A DNA stretch of 64,000 nt from Octopus sinensis (lineage: Eukaryota). A model generated the notes under the pieces. It saw only the letters and a program-made list of their open reading frames with translations. It was not told where the DNA came from and did not search any database. The stretch covers positions 27,404,001 to 27,468,000 of the forward strand of contig NC_043013.1 of the NCBI RefSeq assembly GCF_006345805.1, read 5' to 3'. The translations under genes and the position numbers were made by a program. Every line of letters begins with the position of its first letter. The first letter of the stretch is position 1. Below are positions 1-13,615 of this stretch, one piece after another.

Positions 1-3000
1 AGACTAAAAGGATGCCAGAGATCTTATGAGCTGGTGTCTTCACTATTGATCATTGTTCAATAGTGAAGAATATAGTTCAAGATTTGCAAACGGTTATAAA
101 CAGAGATAGAGAAATTATTACCAAGATCAAAAGACCCTATGAGTTTAGGTCTTTTGATCTGGCTAATATATAAATATATATATATATATGAAAATTTCTT
201 TCTAGTCTTATATGCCTTCAATTTTAGATATCTTAGCAGTTCTCACACAAACAGTGTAATTTAAAATAGAGTTAATTAATAAACAAATCATTCTTTAGAG
301 AAGAAAACAAACAATTTTAAAGATTCTGTAACTAAACGGCTTTGGTCATGTTCTTCATAAGCATTATCTTTACAATTTAAGCTATAATTATTGAACATGC
401 CTCTTCTCTTACCAATGAATTAAGGATTCGTTATGCAATAAAAAGCCCAAATTGGAAAATTGCATTATTAAAAAAAAAACTAAAAATTAAATCGAATTAA
501 GAAGAGAAGGAAAAAGTGAATTCTCAGGAACGTTTACAAATAGCTCATCTTCTGTGAGGCAAAATAAATTAGTGAGAGAACTGCTACAATATCTCTAATC
601 TTAAGTCATAGAATTAAACAATGATAGATCAATAGTCATTACACGTTTTAGAAGTGGGTTGAATTGAGTACAAAAACGTTTTGTATCCAAGTCTTTTGAA
701 CTGAGAAAACGATTTCTCTGCATATAGCTTTAACATAAGTTTTATAAAGACATGTTTGCTTTTTTAGTTTATTAGCAAAATTCAGTTCAGTTGGATGAAC
801 TCCAATCCACCTATCAAGATTTCGTTTTGAAGGCCGCATAGTCAGAGTATGGACTAAAATAAATTAGGCTTAAATATATTAGGCAAAAGTGAAGTTTGAA
901 CGTTTGGCAATAATTGATAGCTGTAAAGCTGGTTAATTGAGAATTTATACATTCCAAGAATTCGAACAATCAATCTATAAGCACATTTTGTTTTGTAAAT
1001 AGAATGTATTGGAAATAAAGACCGCACATTAAGTGACAGCAACCCAACACAAAACTGCTAGACATACTCACCAGATATTTTCTGTGTGAAAGATATCAAT
1101 AGACAATGTAGAAAAACACGAAATAGAGAAGGATAAAGACATGGTTAAGTTCGCTTAATCTAAGATTTACATATATATATTAGTTCGCTATGTGCGTGCG
1201 CGCTTAAGAGCTGTCAAAGAAAAATTAAAGAAAAAATAATGAGATAGAAAAGCATTGTTTTATTTATTATTATATCAATATTACAAATTGTTTATTACCA
1301 AGAAATTTATTACGTATGCAATATTTAATCCTTCAGTTTAATATTTAGAATGCATTCATTGATGTGTTTAAGAATATTTTAAGATGTTCTATATTTTACT
1401 TGTAATAGAAAAAAAAAAGTTTTGCCAAGAAATTGTGAAAACCACTCAAATCTCGAAAAGCAGCTACATGTGGTTTTTGCGAGCCACATGACGGACAGCA
1501 GATCTGAACTGTGAAAATAAATTATGCAGGCTTCACTAATAATAGTTTGGAGAAAAAAAATTAGAGAATGGATAGTATTGTTATATGTTGCAACAAAAGT
1601 ATTCGTTCTACATATGTTAACCTTCAGGATTCTGAAAACCAATAATACCAGCTCACATAGCTTCAAATAATTGTAGCTCATAACGAAACAGCATTAATAG
1701 AAAGAAGAAAAAAGTAACCAACATGAAACCAGCGATTCATTTGACATCGTGGTTCTGAAAACTGGCTGCATTCTCAAACTTTCAAGCGTAATACAAAGAA
1801 ATGTCTCTAAATTTCTGTAGCCAAAGTATATTTTCAACTCGATCAACTGAAGGAACTAATATATACTTTGCCAGTGACAGCTTGTAAACCAAAGACTATA
1901 AATCTAGTAGTTTAACCACAAAGTGAGCTATATCGCTATATGATCGCTGTAGGCGAGTGATTTTTGCAAATGACAATAAAAATTCATTCTGACTTTAACC
2001 AGTTGTATCTAAAGTGTAATTCACACCAATGTATATCTATCGTCAGCTCTGTTATTGATGTATATATCTAATTATAGTATTTTTTTAAAAAACAAACCTC
2101 AGTGAAAATTCCACTCACAAAGACTATCAGGTCCCTCCCTCTGTTTGCCTATTTCTTATCTCGTACAATAACTGAAATCAAACTTGAACTATAATAGCTT
2201 ACAGTAACCATCTGGCAGAAAGTTAAATCTCAAAGGATAAATTAAATTTAACGTGCTTTATAAACGATCGTCTTCGAAATAGCAAAACACAGGAGGCTAA
2301 ATCCCAAAGCAATTGAAATCTTGTTTAGATCTCGGTTCAAAAGTCAGTAACTGGTCAACACGAAAATCCATTCGAATTCTAAGTAAAACCAAGACTTTTT
2401 ACTTGCTCGACAAGAAGTTCGAGAGCAATGGTCAGACACAACTGACCATGTATGTATTTACGATTAACATAGCGTACAGGAAGTAATATTTTTTGCAAAA
2501 ATGGAATAAACAATAATTATCTGTTACACTTCCAATGGTGAAATCTTGTCCTTCAACGGCGTTAAACAAGTTTTAGCGATGGTTGAAATCAAACATGGAA
2601 GTCAATGCAGTATATTAATTGTGAATTATACATATAGATACAAACATACATACATTATATTTATACACACACACATACATACATACATACATGCAAATCT
2701 GCACATACATACACGCACGCACACGTGTGTGTGTGTGTGTAAAATCAACAAATTAGATTTGGTACAAAGAACAAAGTATTAAAATCTGATGAAATGTACA
2801 ATATGCAATTCTCAAGACATCAAAAAACTTGATTACCAACAAACAATAGCTGTAAAGATGAATACAAATATGTTTTCACTAAACGTGAGAAGAACGAAAA
2901 TGAGACACGGCTGAATTTGAAAGCAATCAAGACATATCTATATCTTTTATTATTTACAAAAACCACTGTCTTGGCAATGGTCACATTACTCAATCAAGCT

Positions 3001-6000
3001 TCCTGATGCTCTTCACCAGTTCTACGAAACTCGACTGTTTATCGTGACTAATTATAAGTTATGAAAAATAACCAGATCTCATTGCCTGATTTTCCCAGAG
3101 TTAGAAGGTTACACAGCTTAGTGTGTGCATGTGTGTGTAGACATCATGTTTGTGTGTATATATCAGTATCAAGAAGAATGATATGCAATCTGAATTTTCA
3201 TCCAAACACTATATCATCATATGATGATAATTATGAAGATGATCCACGATGAAGAAAGTAGATACATTAATTTAATTAAGTAATAAATAATCACTTCCTT
3301 TAAGTAAATTGATATTTCTTAAAATATATATATAAATGGGATGATACGATCACAACCTGCACCTAATTTGGGGCTTGGTAAGGTAACGAACCGCATAAAT
3401 ATTTAACCGAACTTGTAAATATATTTGTATTCTCAATATATATATATATATAAAGGAAAGAAATCTTACTTTATTGGTTGAAACCAGCAACTCGAATAAA
3501 ACGAGAGAAAAAAAGTACATGTCAACCTAAATGACGACTACACACATACAATGCTATTTGTTGATCAGCAACAGAAAAGGCATCGAAATCGTTTTGGAGG
3601 GGGGTACTGTTCACGTGAAAGGCAACACTTAATGCTATAGAAGACTCTCTGGCCCATTATTGTAGTTCTTGGGTTAAAAGAGAGGGAGGATAGACACCAA
3701 CACTGAATGATAGTTTACTAGGTTAAAAACGGTGGTGATGGTGGTCTGTGTCGGCAAGAATCAATTCCAGAAAATTATTATTATTATTAAAAGTGTCTTT
3801 GTTGTGAGAAGGGGAAAAAATGTATGGGTTCGTTCAGCCAGTGCTTTTCATTTGAAAATGTTGAGTGGTTTAGTGGGTTTGTAAGACTGGATTCATCGCC
3901 ACACTAGCTTTTATAATACAGGCACACACAAAAAATGCAGTTCTAGTTTTATTGATGCTATGGCTGCGAGTGCGCTGCTGCGGCAAAAAGTATAGAAAAC
4001 ACCAGAAATGACCCCCCCACAAAAAACTAAAAAACTACACATCACCCTCTTTTTGCACGACCGGGATCGGTCTGCATTCTTTTGTTAATCTTTTAAAAAC
4101 GAGAAATCGATTAGAGAACATCTCTTGAATAGCGATCAGCGATATAACTTCTTTGTTGCGAGCTTTAGCATGTTAGCTTCTGAAGCACGAGAGGCACAAA
4201 TTAACATTGCTCCACACCCACAAAAGGCCATACAATCTCCAAAGCCCAAATAAACTTTCAAAGAAATTACGAATCGCACTGGTGGATGTAGTTTCCAAAA
4301 CTTGTGAAACAATTTAAAATGGCTTTAAAATGTGTTGCTTGGAGATTAAGTTCAAAACCACATGTATGACAGCTAAAGAATGGGTGGTTCCTTACTTAAC
4401 AATCAGTCAATAGACTGGACTAGGAATTTTTCGAAAAAAAAGTTCGTTGCTTATACAGAAAAAAAAATGAATATTATATGAAAAGAAAATTAATATGCAT
4501 AATTAACAAGTAAACAAAATAGAACTGAACCGGTAAAGCCGTCAAATATAATATATACACATACAGAGCAGATCTGTCCATAACTAACTTTAATCTACTT
4601 TACTAGCACCAGAATAAACTTCGAACTTAGGAAGGAAGAATGGTGTGTGTATAGTAATGTTTGCACTAGAATCTCCTCCACCCTCCATAGATACATTGCC
4701 ACTCCAACAAACTGCACTGTACTGTAGCATATTATTGTATATACACATCATAGAAAGCTGAAAGCTTCCCTTAACTCAATCGGCAGTGCACTAATGAATA
4801 AGCTACTTGCCTAATAATTTCGATCGAAAATAGAACAGCAAACAACAGTTTGTGAGTAGATTTAGTGTCTTAAAGGTTCTTGAAAGAAATAATGTGCAAG
4901 AAACAGCTGGTTTGTTTTCCAATGCGATAACAGGTTTTTTGGAATAAAACTGATAATATTGGTACAACATGTCATTGCATGACTCTCAAGAAAAGTGGAA
5001 ATAGATTTCAATCTGTTGGGTCAATACCATAGCACTACTATAGGTCATCGATTACAAACTAAAGAGTATAGCAAACAAAATTGTATCATCAATGGTTTGG
5101 TCTTCTCAAAGTTTTATTTTCGCATGTGTGTATGTTTTGTAAAGGTCACACGAAGCCAAGAGCACGATTGTAACAAAATCCCGCATTTTATAATCATACA
5201 CAAGTTCTTTCGGAGAGGTATAGTTAGAAATATATAAATAAATAACACAAAAGAAGTTACGATTGCAAAAATTTCCAAAAGGCAAATTAAAAAATAACTT
5301 GGTAGCGCTATAGACTATGTAAAAGGGAATTACAAAAGTTCTTTGGTTACTTAAAAAAAAAATTTAACTGATTTACTGGATTGAATTAGCAGGAATTGTT
5401 TTATTAAAATCCGTCAAGTGCTCTCGAAAATATATAAGCGTGTTAGAACAAGTCTATGGTTGTGGCCAAACGATGGTCTGATGATAAGAAGAGCCAGCAA
5501 AGAGAATGTCGTTATCGACATTAGCAATAAGAGAGAAGCGACAATGGTGGCCAAGCACAACTCTTGACGATCAGCAAAGACATGGAGAGTAGCACACAAC
5601 ACAGGCAGAGAGAGAGAGAGAAACAGAGACAGACACACAAATGTTTTCTATGCACCAACGGCAAGTGAAAAAGAAGGCGTATGTAGACGTCCACATCCAA
5701 AAAACAAGAAGATTGTTGAATCAGAAACAAAGTTAAGCAATGGCTGTTTTGCTCCTCGGTGAAACAATCAGAAGACCTAAACCGGTAGAAAACAGCCCAA
5801 CACGAAAATAAAAGAATGTTGAGCATTTCACTTTCTCGCCGTTTATTTTTAAAATACCTACAAGACGAATGACATACTATGGTTGGATGGCAGAGAGTAT
5901 AAAGCAGTCCTCCTTAAATTTATGATCAAGATTGCTGCATATAATATTAAGCACCAGACGGTAATTAAGAGTTCATTAAACAAAGTGAAGGATTAATGAG

Positions 6001-6999
6001 AAAGAAGAAGTATATTTATTTTTAAAATAATAATAACCAAAGTGTTGTCGATGACAGAAAAAGGGGAAAAAAATTGCCAATCATTTGTGGAAAACAGAAC
6101 GGGGGTAAAATAAGGAACAGAAAGACATGAAGAGTAGAGAGAAATGGTTCATCTTTAGATTAGAAATTCTTGGGAGAGATCGTAGATAAGGCAACAATGT
6201 CGATCAGATCTTGCAGAGTTATTGGGAAGAAAGTAAGAAACATGTAAACAAAGTCCGTTGGAGACATCTGAAAACTTAGAAGAAATACCTTAAAACTCTC
6301 TTCTCCAGATGGAAGGGCAACAGGAGAATGGTTTATAGTAAAGACAGAAAGGAGGAACGATTTATTTTATTTTTCTTTTACAGGTTTTTTAAAAAATGAA
6401 ATACATGCAAACGTTATCCGACAACAAATCAAGCGATCGGAGGTCTTATAAAAGTTTTTGTTTGCTTGTTCGTTCGTTTGTTGTTTCTTTTTAAATAATG
6501 CTGCAGTTGTTTGAGAAATATGAAAGCATGTGGCTGGCAATACTCACAATAAAATAAAGAGAAAAAGACCTCGAGTGTGGCGAAATTTTATTTTCGAACA
6601 AACATGCAAGACGAAATCTGTTTGAAATAAAGACGTGGAACATGGCCAGGTCGACATAGTCGAAGCTCCTTCTAGTAAAGCAAAAAGGCAAAGCAGCCAG
6701 CAATAGCAGTCTTCGCAGTTGCCCTTCCATTATTTTACCTTCAGAAAAAAAGTCTCCCGATTTCAGAAGCAACCTTCAAGAAAACCAGAAAGAAAAGAAA
6801 CTTTGACTACCTACCTATAGAAGGAAAGGATTCTTGGAAGCAACTTGGTAAACATGTAGACATCCATAAGATTGTTTGGTTGCAAGGTGCTGGCAATGAG
6901 AAGGAAAACAACAGCAGGACCAGGGTGTTTCTTTAAATATCCCTTATATCTCCTCGCACTCAAACTCTCGTTTGTCTTTTAATCGTCGACTAAGAAGTA

Positions 7000-7500
7000 A
7001 TATTATATTAGTTTCTATCTCTTTCTCTCTCTCTCTGTTCCAACAGAAACAGCAGAGTAATAGTGGCGACGGTAAATTGTTCCTGTTGGTGCTGCTTACA
7101 TATTCATGAAGCAGTCATGCTAGCCAACGGAGCATCTCACTCAAGCATCTACTCATTCTGGCTGGCTGGCTGTCTGCCTGCCTGAGTTTCGGTCGGTAGG
7201 TAAAGGGGAGTAGTAGCAGCAGCTGCTGTCACACTCTCATTATAGCTCTTATTCTTTCTTTCTTTCCCTCACTCGTTTACTCTCTATCTCTTCTTTCACT
7301 CAGCGTCGCCGATAAAAAGCTGCCACTCTCTCGCTTTATATCATTCTCTCTCTTGTTTTATATCTTCTCTCTCTCTCTCATTCATTCCCACCCTTCCTCA
7401 CACTGTCTCGCTTTCCTTCTCTTCCTCCACTCAACGTCGTCAGTGATATAGAGCTGCTAAATAACCCAACTTTTCCACAATCGTCTAATGACTGCCATGT
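7000..7500 (-). promoter_or_regulatory. Putative promoter/5' region of an unidentified leftward transcript
   Basis: GA/CT-rich, CpG-enriched, SINE-free segment; minus-strand TATAAA at 7335-7340 and 7357-7362; candidate donor AG|GTAGGT at 6815/6814. Confidence 0.3.
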
Positions 7501-10500
7501 CGGTGTGGTGTCAGCACAAGAAGAAGCAGCAGCAGCAACACTTGATGATGGGGGGAAGATAGTAATCCGAGTGGAAGGCCCTAATCAATTGCTGAGCTCG
7601 TTTTTAACATCTACTTTCTTTCACTATAAAACTCAAATCGTTCTTTTAAAGCCAAGTAGTTCGCTTTTTGCAATATTTTCCTACAATTGTTTTACATATT
7701 TTCATCTCTCTCCCTGTACTCAAAATATTCCATCAGGGAAGTGCTTCATGCTCTTTCAGAAACAATTCCTTGTTTCATGATAAATCAAATCCTTAATTAA
7801 CAGTTAATTAAAATAAAACATTTTCAATATGTTGCAGAAATCTTCTCATATTTTTTCTTCTTGTATTTTCTCTCCAATTTTGTCACAATGTCTCATTCTT
7901 CTAGATTATTAAAGTCCTGAATGAACATTATTAACTGGAGAAAGCGGCCGATTTTAATTGTTGCCAATAAATTTGTCTTTTGTTCATTTGCTTTGAAATA
8001 AAATTTATTTCATTGTAGACTTGCAATCCAGATGAATCACTCGAGAAGAATGAAAACGATTTCTTTAATTCTTTCAATTGGGAAGTAGTGCCATCGTAAA
8101 GGTTTCTTTAAAATAATACTAATATATATGTATAATCACAATGTTTCTAATGTGGCCAACAATAGCCAACCTTCTTCGATTTGGTCAACTGGATTTTCAG
8201 CAGGAATTGCTAGAAATCGCCGTTGTGTCCATTTAATAATCCACACGAAAGACTTCTACTATATTTTTACAGTGCTTCGCCCAACAATGAATTGTGCTTG
8301 TGGGAAATTTCATTGGCTGCATGTAGTAGTTAAAAAGCTGACTGACATGTCTTAAAATAAAAGCCAGAAAGTAAGCAGTGGGCTTTGAAAGAATTCTGCT
8401 GCTGTTATTCGTGAGATCTTGATAGCACGTTGGATAGAAAGCTGATGTTAATTTTTCAGATTCTAGTTGAATTAGGGTTTTTTTCCCCCATCCTCTTGAT
8501 AAATATTTTATTGTAATTATTAATTAGAAAATGATTTTTGACATTCTCTGTTCTGTTGTTTTGTAGAAACGAGAGGTTCGAGCAATGAATTAGTTGTTGG
8601 TTTTTTTTTTAATTTTTGTTAGAGATGTTTGTATGAAACTGGTGAAATTATTAGCAATGTGTGGGGCGTATGTAGTTAACATTAGTCAGCTCTAGATATG
8701 GGGAGAGAGAGAGAGAAACAGTTATGAGTGTGCTGTGTGAATTTCACAGCAGGTGACTCGAAATAAGTACGCGAGAGCTGACGAGAACTAAAGCAGCAGA
8801 TCAATGAAATAATAAACAACGGTGATGCTGACATCATGCTTTTCTGGGTAGACATTAACTTTTGTTAATCTGCCTACTAGTAAAGAAAGCTTCGTTGGCT
8901 TCTTAATCATGGCTAGGACATGATGCAGTTCTCGAATTAAACCATGTGATTGATAGCTTTGCCTTTCAAATATGTATGTAGTCGACGGTTCTCTTCAAAG
9001 TTAAATATATTTTTCTATATTGCTAACTATAGGAAGTGACATATATATATATATTAATATTTAAGATAGATGTATGGCTCGCTGGTTTGTAGCCATATAA
9101 CTCTGAGAAACCATTAACGATAGTTCAGTGTTAATTCAAGATACTCTGATTTGGTTTATAACTAGGGGGAAAATGGCATTGCAATTTATTGCAGGCAAAT
9201 ACTTTCTATTAATTTGAAATATTGCACCTATTCAATAACAGTAAAGCTTTGACCATCAATAACATATAATTAATTCGTTATAATTGTCAATCGCAATTTC
9301 AAAATGTTCCTTCTAATACAACACAACTATTGCAACCCAAACTCCTCTCTCTGTGCTACATGCGAAATGCTTCTATTTATCGTTTCAAATAAAATGTGAA
9401 AATGGAGAAGGAGTATCGAGTGATAAAAAGTGTCGTGGTCCAATCCTAGTTGGTATGTCTTAGTCATCAGCATAAAAGGAACCTGCTATCATCAACATTT
9501 GGAGTCAGGTTTAAATGGCCTGCTTGATTCATCTGGAAAAATTGTATTGTGCGTGTGTGAAAATAATTCGTCTTACGCTTTTAACCATATCGAAAATATA
9601 TTGAGAAATGTAAAAAGTTACTGCCTAAGTGTCTTATGCTTAAAATGTTTAAATTGACTACATAGCTTCTTATAGATGTGTATCCCTAATTATTATTTAA
9701 CTCTATTTCTCTTATTATAGTTGTCTTTCCCTTTTCCTCTCTTTCTTTCTATTTCTATCTTTTCTCCTCCCCTTCTCTCTCTCTCTCTCCCTCTTTTTGA
9801 CACATTTTTCTTTCTCTCTCATTTATTGGCAATGAATTTTACATTTTTCTTTGCCAATATTCTTGTATGATATGAAATTTCATATCTGATTATTCTGAAC
9901 CAAATACCATTTGATTCAAAATAACTAGAATAAATATTAAAATATTACTTTTTCTTCAAGTAGGCAATTAAATGATTTTAATATAATTGTACATTCAATT
10001 ATAAATAATGCAAAGCTGAAATACTAATCATGTTGATATCGGCAATAATTCTTCCTGATTGTAAGATTTCTCAGAGGAAAATCTTTGGTTATTCTCTCAT
10101 AGATTGAAATTTGTTACGATATAGCGTCAAAAAATGATTTTTACGTCAGTAAACTTTCCCTCTCATATTTTCTGTTCTAGTGAAAGATAAATTAATTAAA
10201 ATATCCTCCAATTGTCACATATCCGCTCATATTTACATATGGCTGGGTCTGAGGCCACAAATTTTATTTATCACAATTTATTTTTCATTCATACTTACAG
10301 GATGACTTCATCATTTTTGTATTGTGGATGGTCTTATCTTTGATACAATTCTTTAAACTCAACTGTTCTTTTAAATATAAACGTGAAGAATGCTTTATTT
10401 TCAACAATAATAAGATCATTAATTAGAAAAGGTTATTTAGTCAAAAAAAATTTACTTCCTCTTTTTCATTATTGTATAGCTTGATTACCTAAAAATTCAT

Positions 10501-10729
10501 AATTTTAATTTGTTTTCGAGTGATTTAAGGGGTTGATATTTCTCGACTGCAATGTCTTTTATATATTTGGATTTTTTACAGCAATTAGAAAAAGTGAAAG
10601 GAAATCACGAGTTAAGAATGTTGCATAAGCAACTCTAAACTGTCCGTCTCCGGTAATTTTTTTTATGCTACTTTAGCATGTGATCGCCCTAAGTTTCCAT
10701 AGTCTATGCTGTGGAATTACCTAACGTGT

Positions 10730-10825
10730 GTCAGGGCTTTGGGTTTGGGATAGGGTTCACAGTTTAGAGTTAGGATAAAGGGTTAGATTTTAGAGTTTAG
10801 GTTTAAGGCTACAGTTAGGGTTAGA
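10730..10825 (+). repeat. Degenerate (TTAGGG)n-like tract
   Basis: tcagggctttgggtttgggatagggtt...gttagggttag, about 15 degenerate hexamers. Confidence 0.6.
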
Positions 10826-10889
10826 CTACACACTAAAGTGTAAATGGTCACATAAACTGCACACTAAACTGGCACCGTTTTTTTAATTT

Positions 10890-11775
10890 TACAGACAAGG
10901 TGCTGGGGCCAGTGGTTAGTTAATTACATTGACCCCCTGTCCTTGACTGATACTTTATTTTATCCACCTCCAAAAGAATGAAATGCAAAATTGACCTGGG
11001 GAAGATCGAGATTCAATTCATAAGGGGCTGGAACAAATACCACCAAGTATTTTGTCTAATCTAATGATACTGCCAATTCAACCACCCTTTCTGCCAAAGG
11101 CACGACGGCTGAAATTTTTGGGGATGGGGTTTACCGATTACATCAACCCCAGTACTCAACTGGTACTTATTTTATCGACCCTGAAAGAATGAAAGGCAAA
11201 GTCAACTTTGGCAGAATTTGAACTCAGGATGTAAAGATGGACAAAATGCCACTAAGCATTTTGAAAGACATGCTAACTACCCCGAATAATAATGGCTTCA
11301 AATTTTGGTACAAGGCCAGAAATTTTAAGGAGGGTGGAGGAGTAAGTCAATTACATCAACACCAATGCTCAACTGGTATTTATTTTATCAACACTAAAAG
11401 GATGGAAGGCAAAGTCACCCTCAGTGGAGTTTGAACAACTAAAAATATAAAGAGCTGGAAAAATACCACTAAGCATTTTATCCAACATGCAAATGTTTCT
11501 GCCAACTCACCACCAAGAAATAATAATAGTAATCACTCCAAGAAATAATAATAGTAATGGTTTCAAATTTTTACACATGGGCAGCCATTTTGGAGGAGGG
11601 GATGAGTTGATTACATCGATTCATCTGTTTCACTGGTACTTAATTTATTGACCCTGAAAAGATGAAAGACAAAGTTGACCTTGGCAGAATTTGAACTCAG
11701 AAAATAGCAATGAGTGAAATACCGCTAAGCATTTTGACCAGCATGCTAACAATTCTGCCAGCTCACCACCTTAGA
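10890..11775 (-). mobile_element. Head-to-tail array of about 4 copies of tRNA-derived SINE family A
   Basis: Recurrent core actggtacttattttatcgaccctgaaagaatgaaaggcaaagtcaac...gaatttgaactcag (B-box-like on the minus strand); copies joined by TAA-rich linkers. Confidence 0.85.
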
Positions 11776-11780
11776 AATAA

Positions 11781-12255
11781 TCATCATCATCATCGTTTAA
11801 CGTCCACTTTCCATGCTGGCATGGGTTGGACAGTTTGACTGAGGACTGGTGAGCCAGAGGCTGCACCAGGCTCAATCTGATCTGGCAAAGTTTCTACAGC
11901 TAGATGCCCTTCCTAACGCCAACCACTCTGAGAGTGTAGTGGGTGCTTTTTATGTGCCACTGGCACGAGGGCTAGTCAGGCGGTTCTGGTAACGACCATG
12001 CTCAAAATGTGCTTTTATGTGCTACCTGCACAGGAGCCAGTCTGGTGGCACTGGCAATGACCACGCTCGAATGTTGTTTTTCATATGCCAGTAAGGCGAT
12101 GCTGGAAACAATCACGCTCGAATGGTGTTTTTCATGTGTCACCGGCACAGGAGCCAACCCATGGCCCTGGTAACAATCACACTCTGATATGCTTCTTTTA
12201 ACGTTCCACTAGCATGAGTGCCAATCAGGCGGTACTGTCATCGGCCATGTCAGCG
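11781..12255 (-). mobile_element. SINE-like family C with (GAT)n tail and internal ~50-bp minisatellite
   Basis: catcatcgtttaacgtccactttccatgctggcatgggttggac...gatgcccttcctaacgccaaccact; homologous copies at ~29830-30165 (+), 31500-31680, 43622-43800 and 54367-54790. Confidence 0.8.
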
Positions 12256-12404
12256 AAATAATAATAACAGTGATGATAATGTATATGGATGTGATGCATG
12301 TGTCTGGTGTACCCTTATCAGACAGGTAGCCATGATGGGTATATTAGGCTTTGTATATTTCTACCACAGTGTCACTTTGATGGCATGCGCTGCTCTCTCA
12401 TTCC

Positions 12405-13177
12405 CCTGAAATTCTGGGGAGGGGACTGGTCAATTACATCAAGCCCAGTGATCAACTGATATTTATTTTATTTGTCCCCCAAAAGGATGAAAGGCAAAGC
12501 TGACCTCGGCGGGATTTGAACTCATGGATGAAAGCTACTAATCATTTCACCTGGCACAGTATAGATTCGTTTAGCTCACTCACTTTGAATGATTTCAAAT
12601 TTTGGCACAAGGCCAGCAATTTTGGAGGAGGGGCTAAGTCAATTACATTGACCCCACTGTTCAACTGGTACTTATTTTATCGACCCTGAAAAGATGAAAG
12701 GTAAAATCAACCCCAGTGGCATTCAAACTCAGTAGGCAAAGTCAGACAAACTGCTGCTAAGCATTTTACCCAGCACAGTAATGTTCCTTCCAACTTGCCA
12801 CCCTAGTAATAATGATAATAATGATCCTTTCTTCTAGAGGCACAAGGTCTCAAATTTGGAGTGCATGACTGGTACTTAATTTATTGACCCCAAAAGGTGA
12901 AGTCGACCTCAGTAGAATTTGAACTCAGAACGTAGCAGCAGACAAAATACCTATTTCTTTACTACCCACAAGAGGCTAAGCACAGAGAGGACAGACAAAC
13001 AGATTAAGTCAATTATATATGACCCCAGTGCGTAACTGGTACTTATTTAATCAACCCCGAAAGGATGAAAGGCAAAGTCAATGTCGGTGGAATTTGAACT
13101 CAGAACGTAGCGGCAGACAAAATGTTGCTAAACATTCCACCCGGCGTGCTAACGTTTCTGCCAGCTCGCTGCCTTTT
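12405..13177 (-). mobile_element. Second array of SINE family A (about 4 copies/fragments)
   Basis: Same core and orientation as 10890-11775. Further copies at ~14250-14395, 14780-14990 (+), 15215-15420, 22875-23090 (+), 33765-33945 (+), 55083-55285 (+) and 58485-58695 (+). Confidence 0.85.
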
Positions 13178-13199
13178 ATGATGATGATAACAATAATAA

Positions 13200-13550
13200 T
13201 GATAATTGACATAGCATGTCCTGGTTACAACAGGATTGAAGAGAAAGAAGAAAAATCAAACAACTATGATGAATTGAAGTGGTATATATGCAGGCTGTGG
13301 ATAATGGAGAAAGTGGAGGTGATGCCAATGGTGATTGGCATGATTGGAAGTATCAGTACTCAACTACCAGCATGGCTCAAAAAGATTGAAACAAATGTAA
13401 AGATAGAATACCTACCAAAATCATCATTGTTTGGGTCTGCAAGAGTTCTCCACAGGGTTCTTAGTCTGCTGACTGTTTCATCTTGGTCTACTGGCTGTGA
13501 ACAGATGACACTTTTCATCATACCCAACAATGTAAAACTGAGAGCTTTCC
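13200..13550 (+). mobile_element. 5'-truncated R4/Dong-like non-LTR retrotransposon (C-terminal restriction-like endonuclease + 3'UTR)
   Basis: IIDIACPGYNRIEEKEEKSNNYDELKWYICRLW...VMPMVIGMIG...KSSLFGSARVLHRVL matches the RLE C-terminal pattern; ends in (TGA)n(TAA)n. Confidence 0.75.
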
Positions 13551-13570
13551 TGATGATGATGATGATGATG

Positions 13571-13615
<45 letters not shown>
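13551..13615 (+). repeat. (TGA)n(TAA)n microsatellite
   Basis: Seen directly; source of the poly-M/poly-I in the ORF track. Confidence 0.95.

Noticed and set aside
9185-9240. miR-92-like hairpin (TATTGCAC seed)
   Set aside because: Arm pairing is poor and AT-rich, and the sequence beyond the seed does not match the family
11940-12255. CRISPR-like repeat/spacer pattern (also 29830-30000 and 54530-54790)
   Set aside because: Units are degenerate tandem copies without unique spacers, lie inside a SINE-like element, and there are no cas genes in this eukaryotic context
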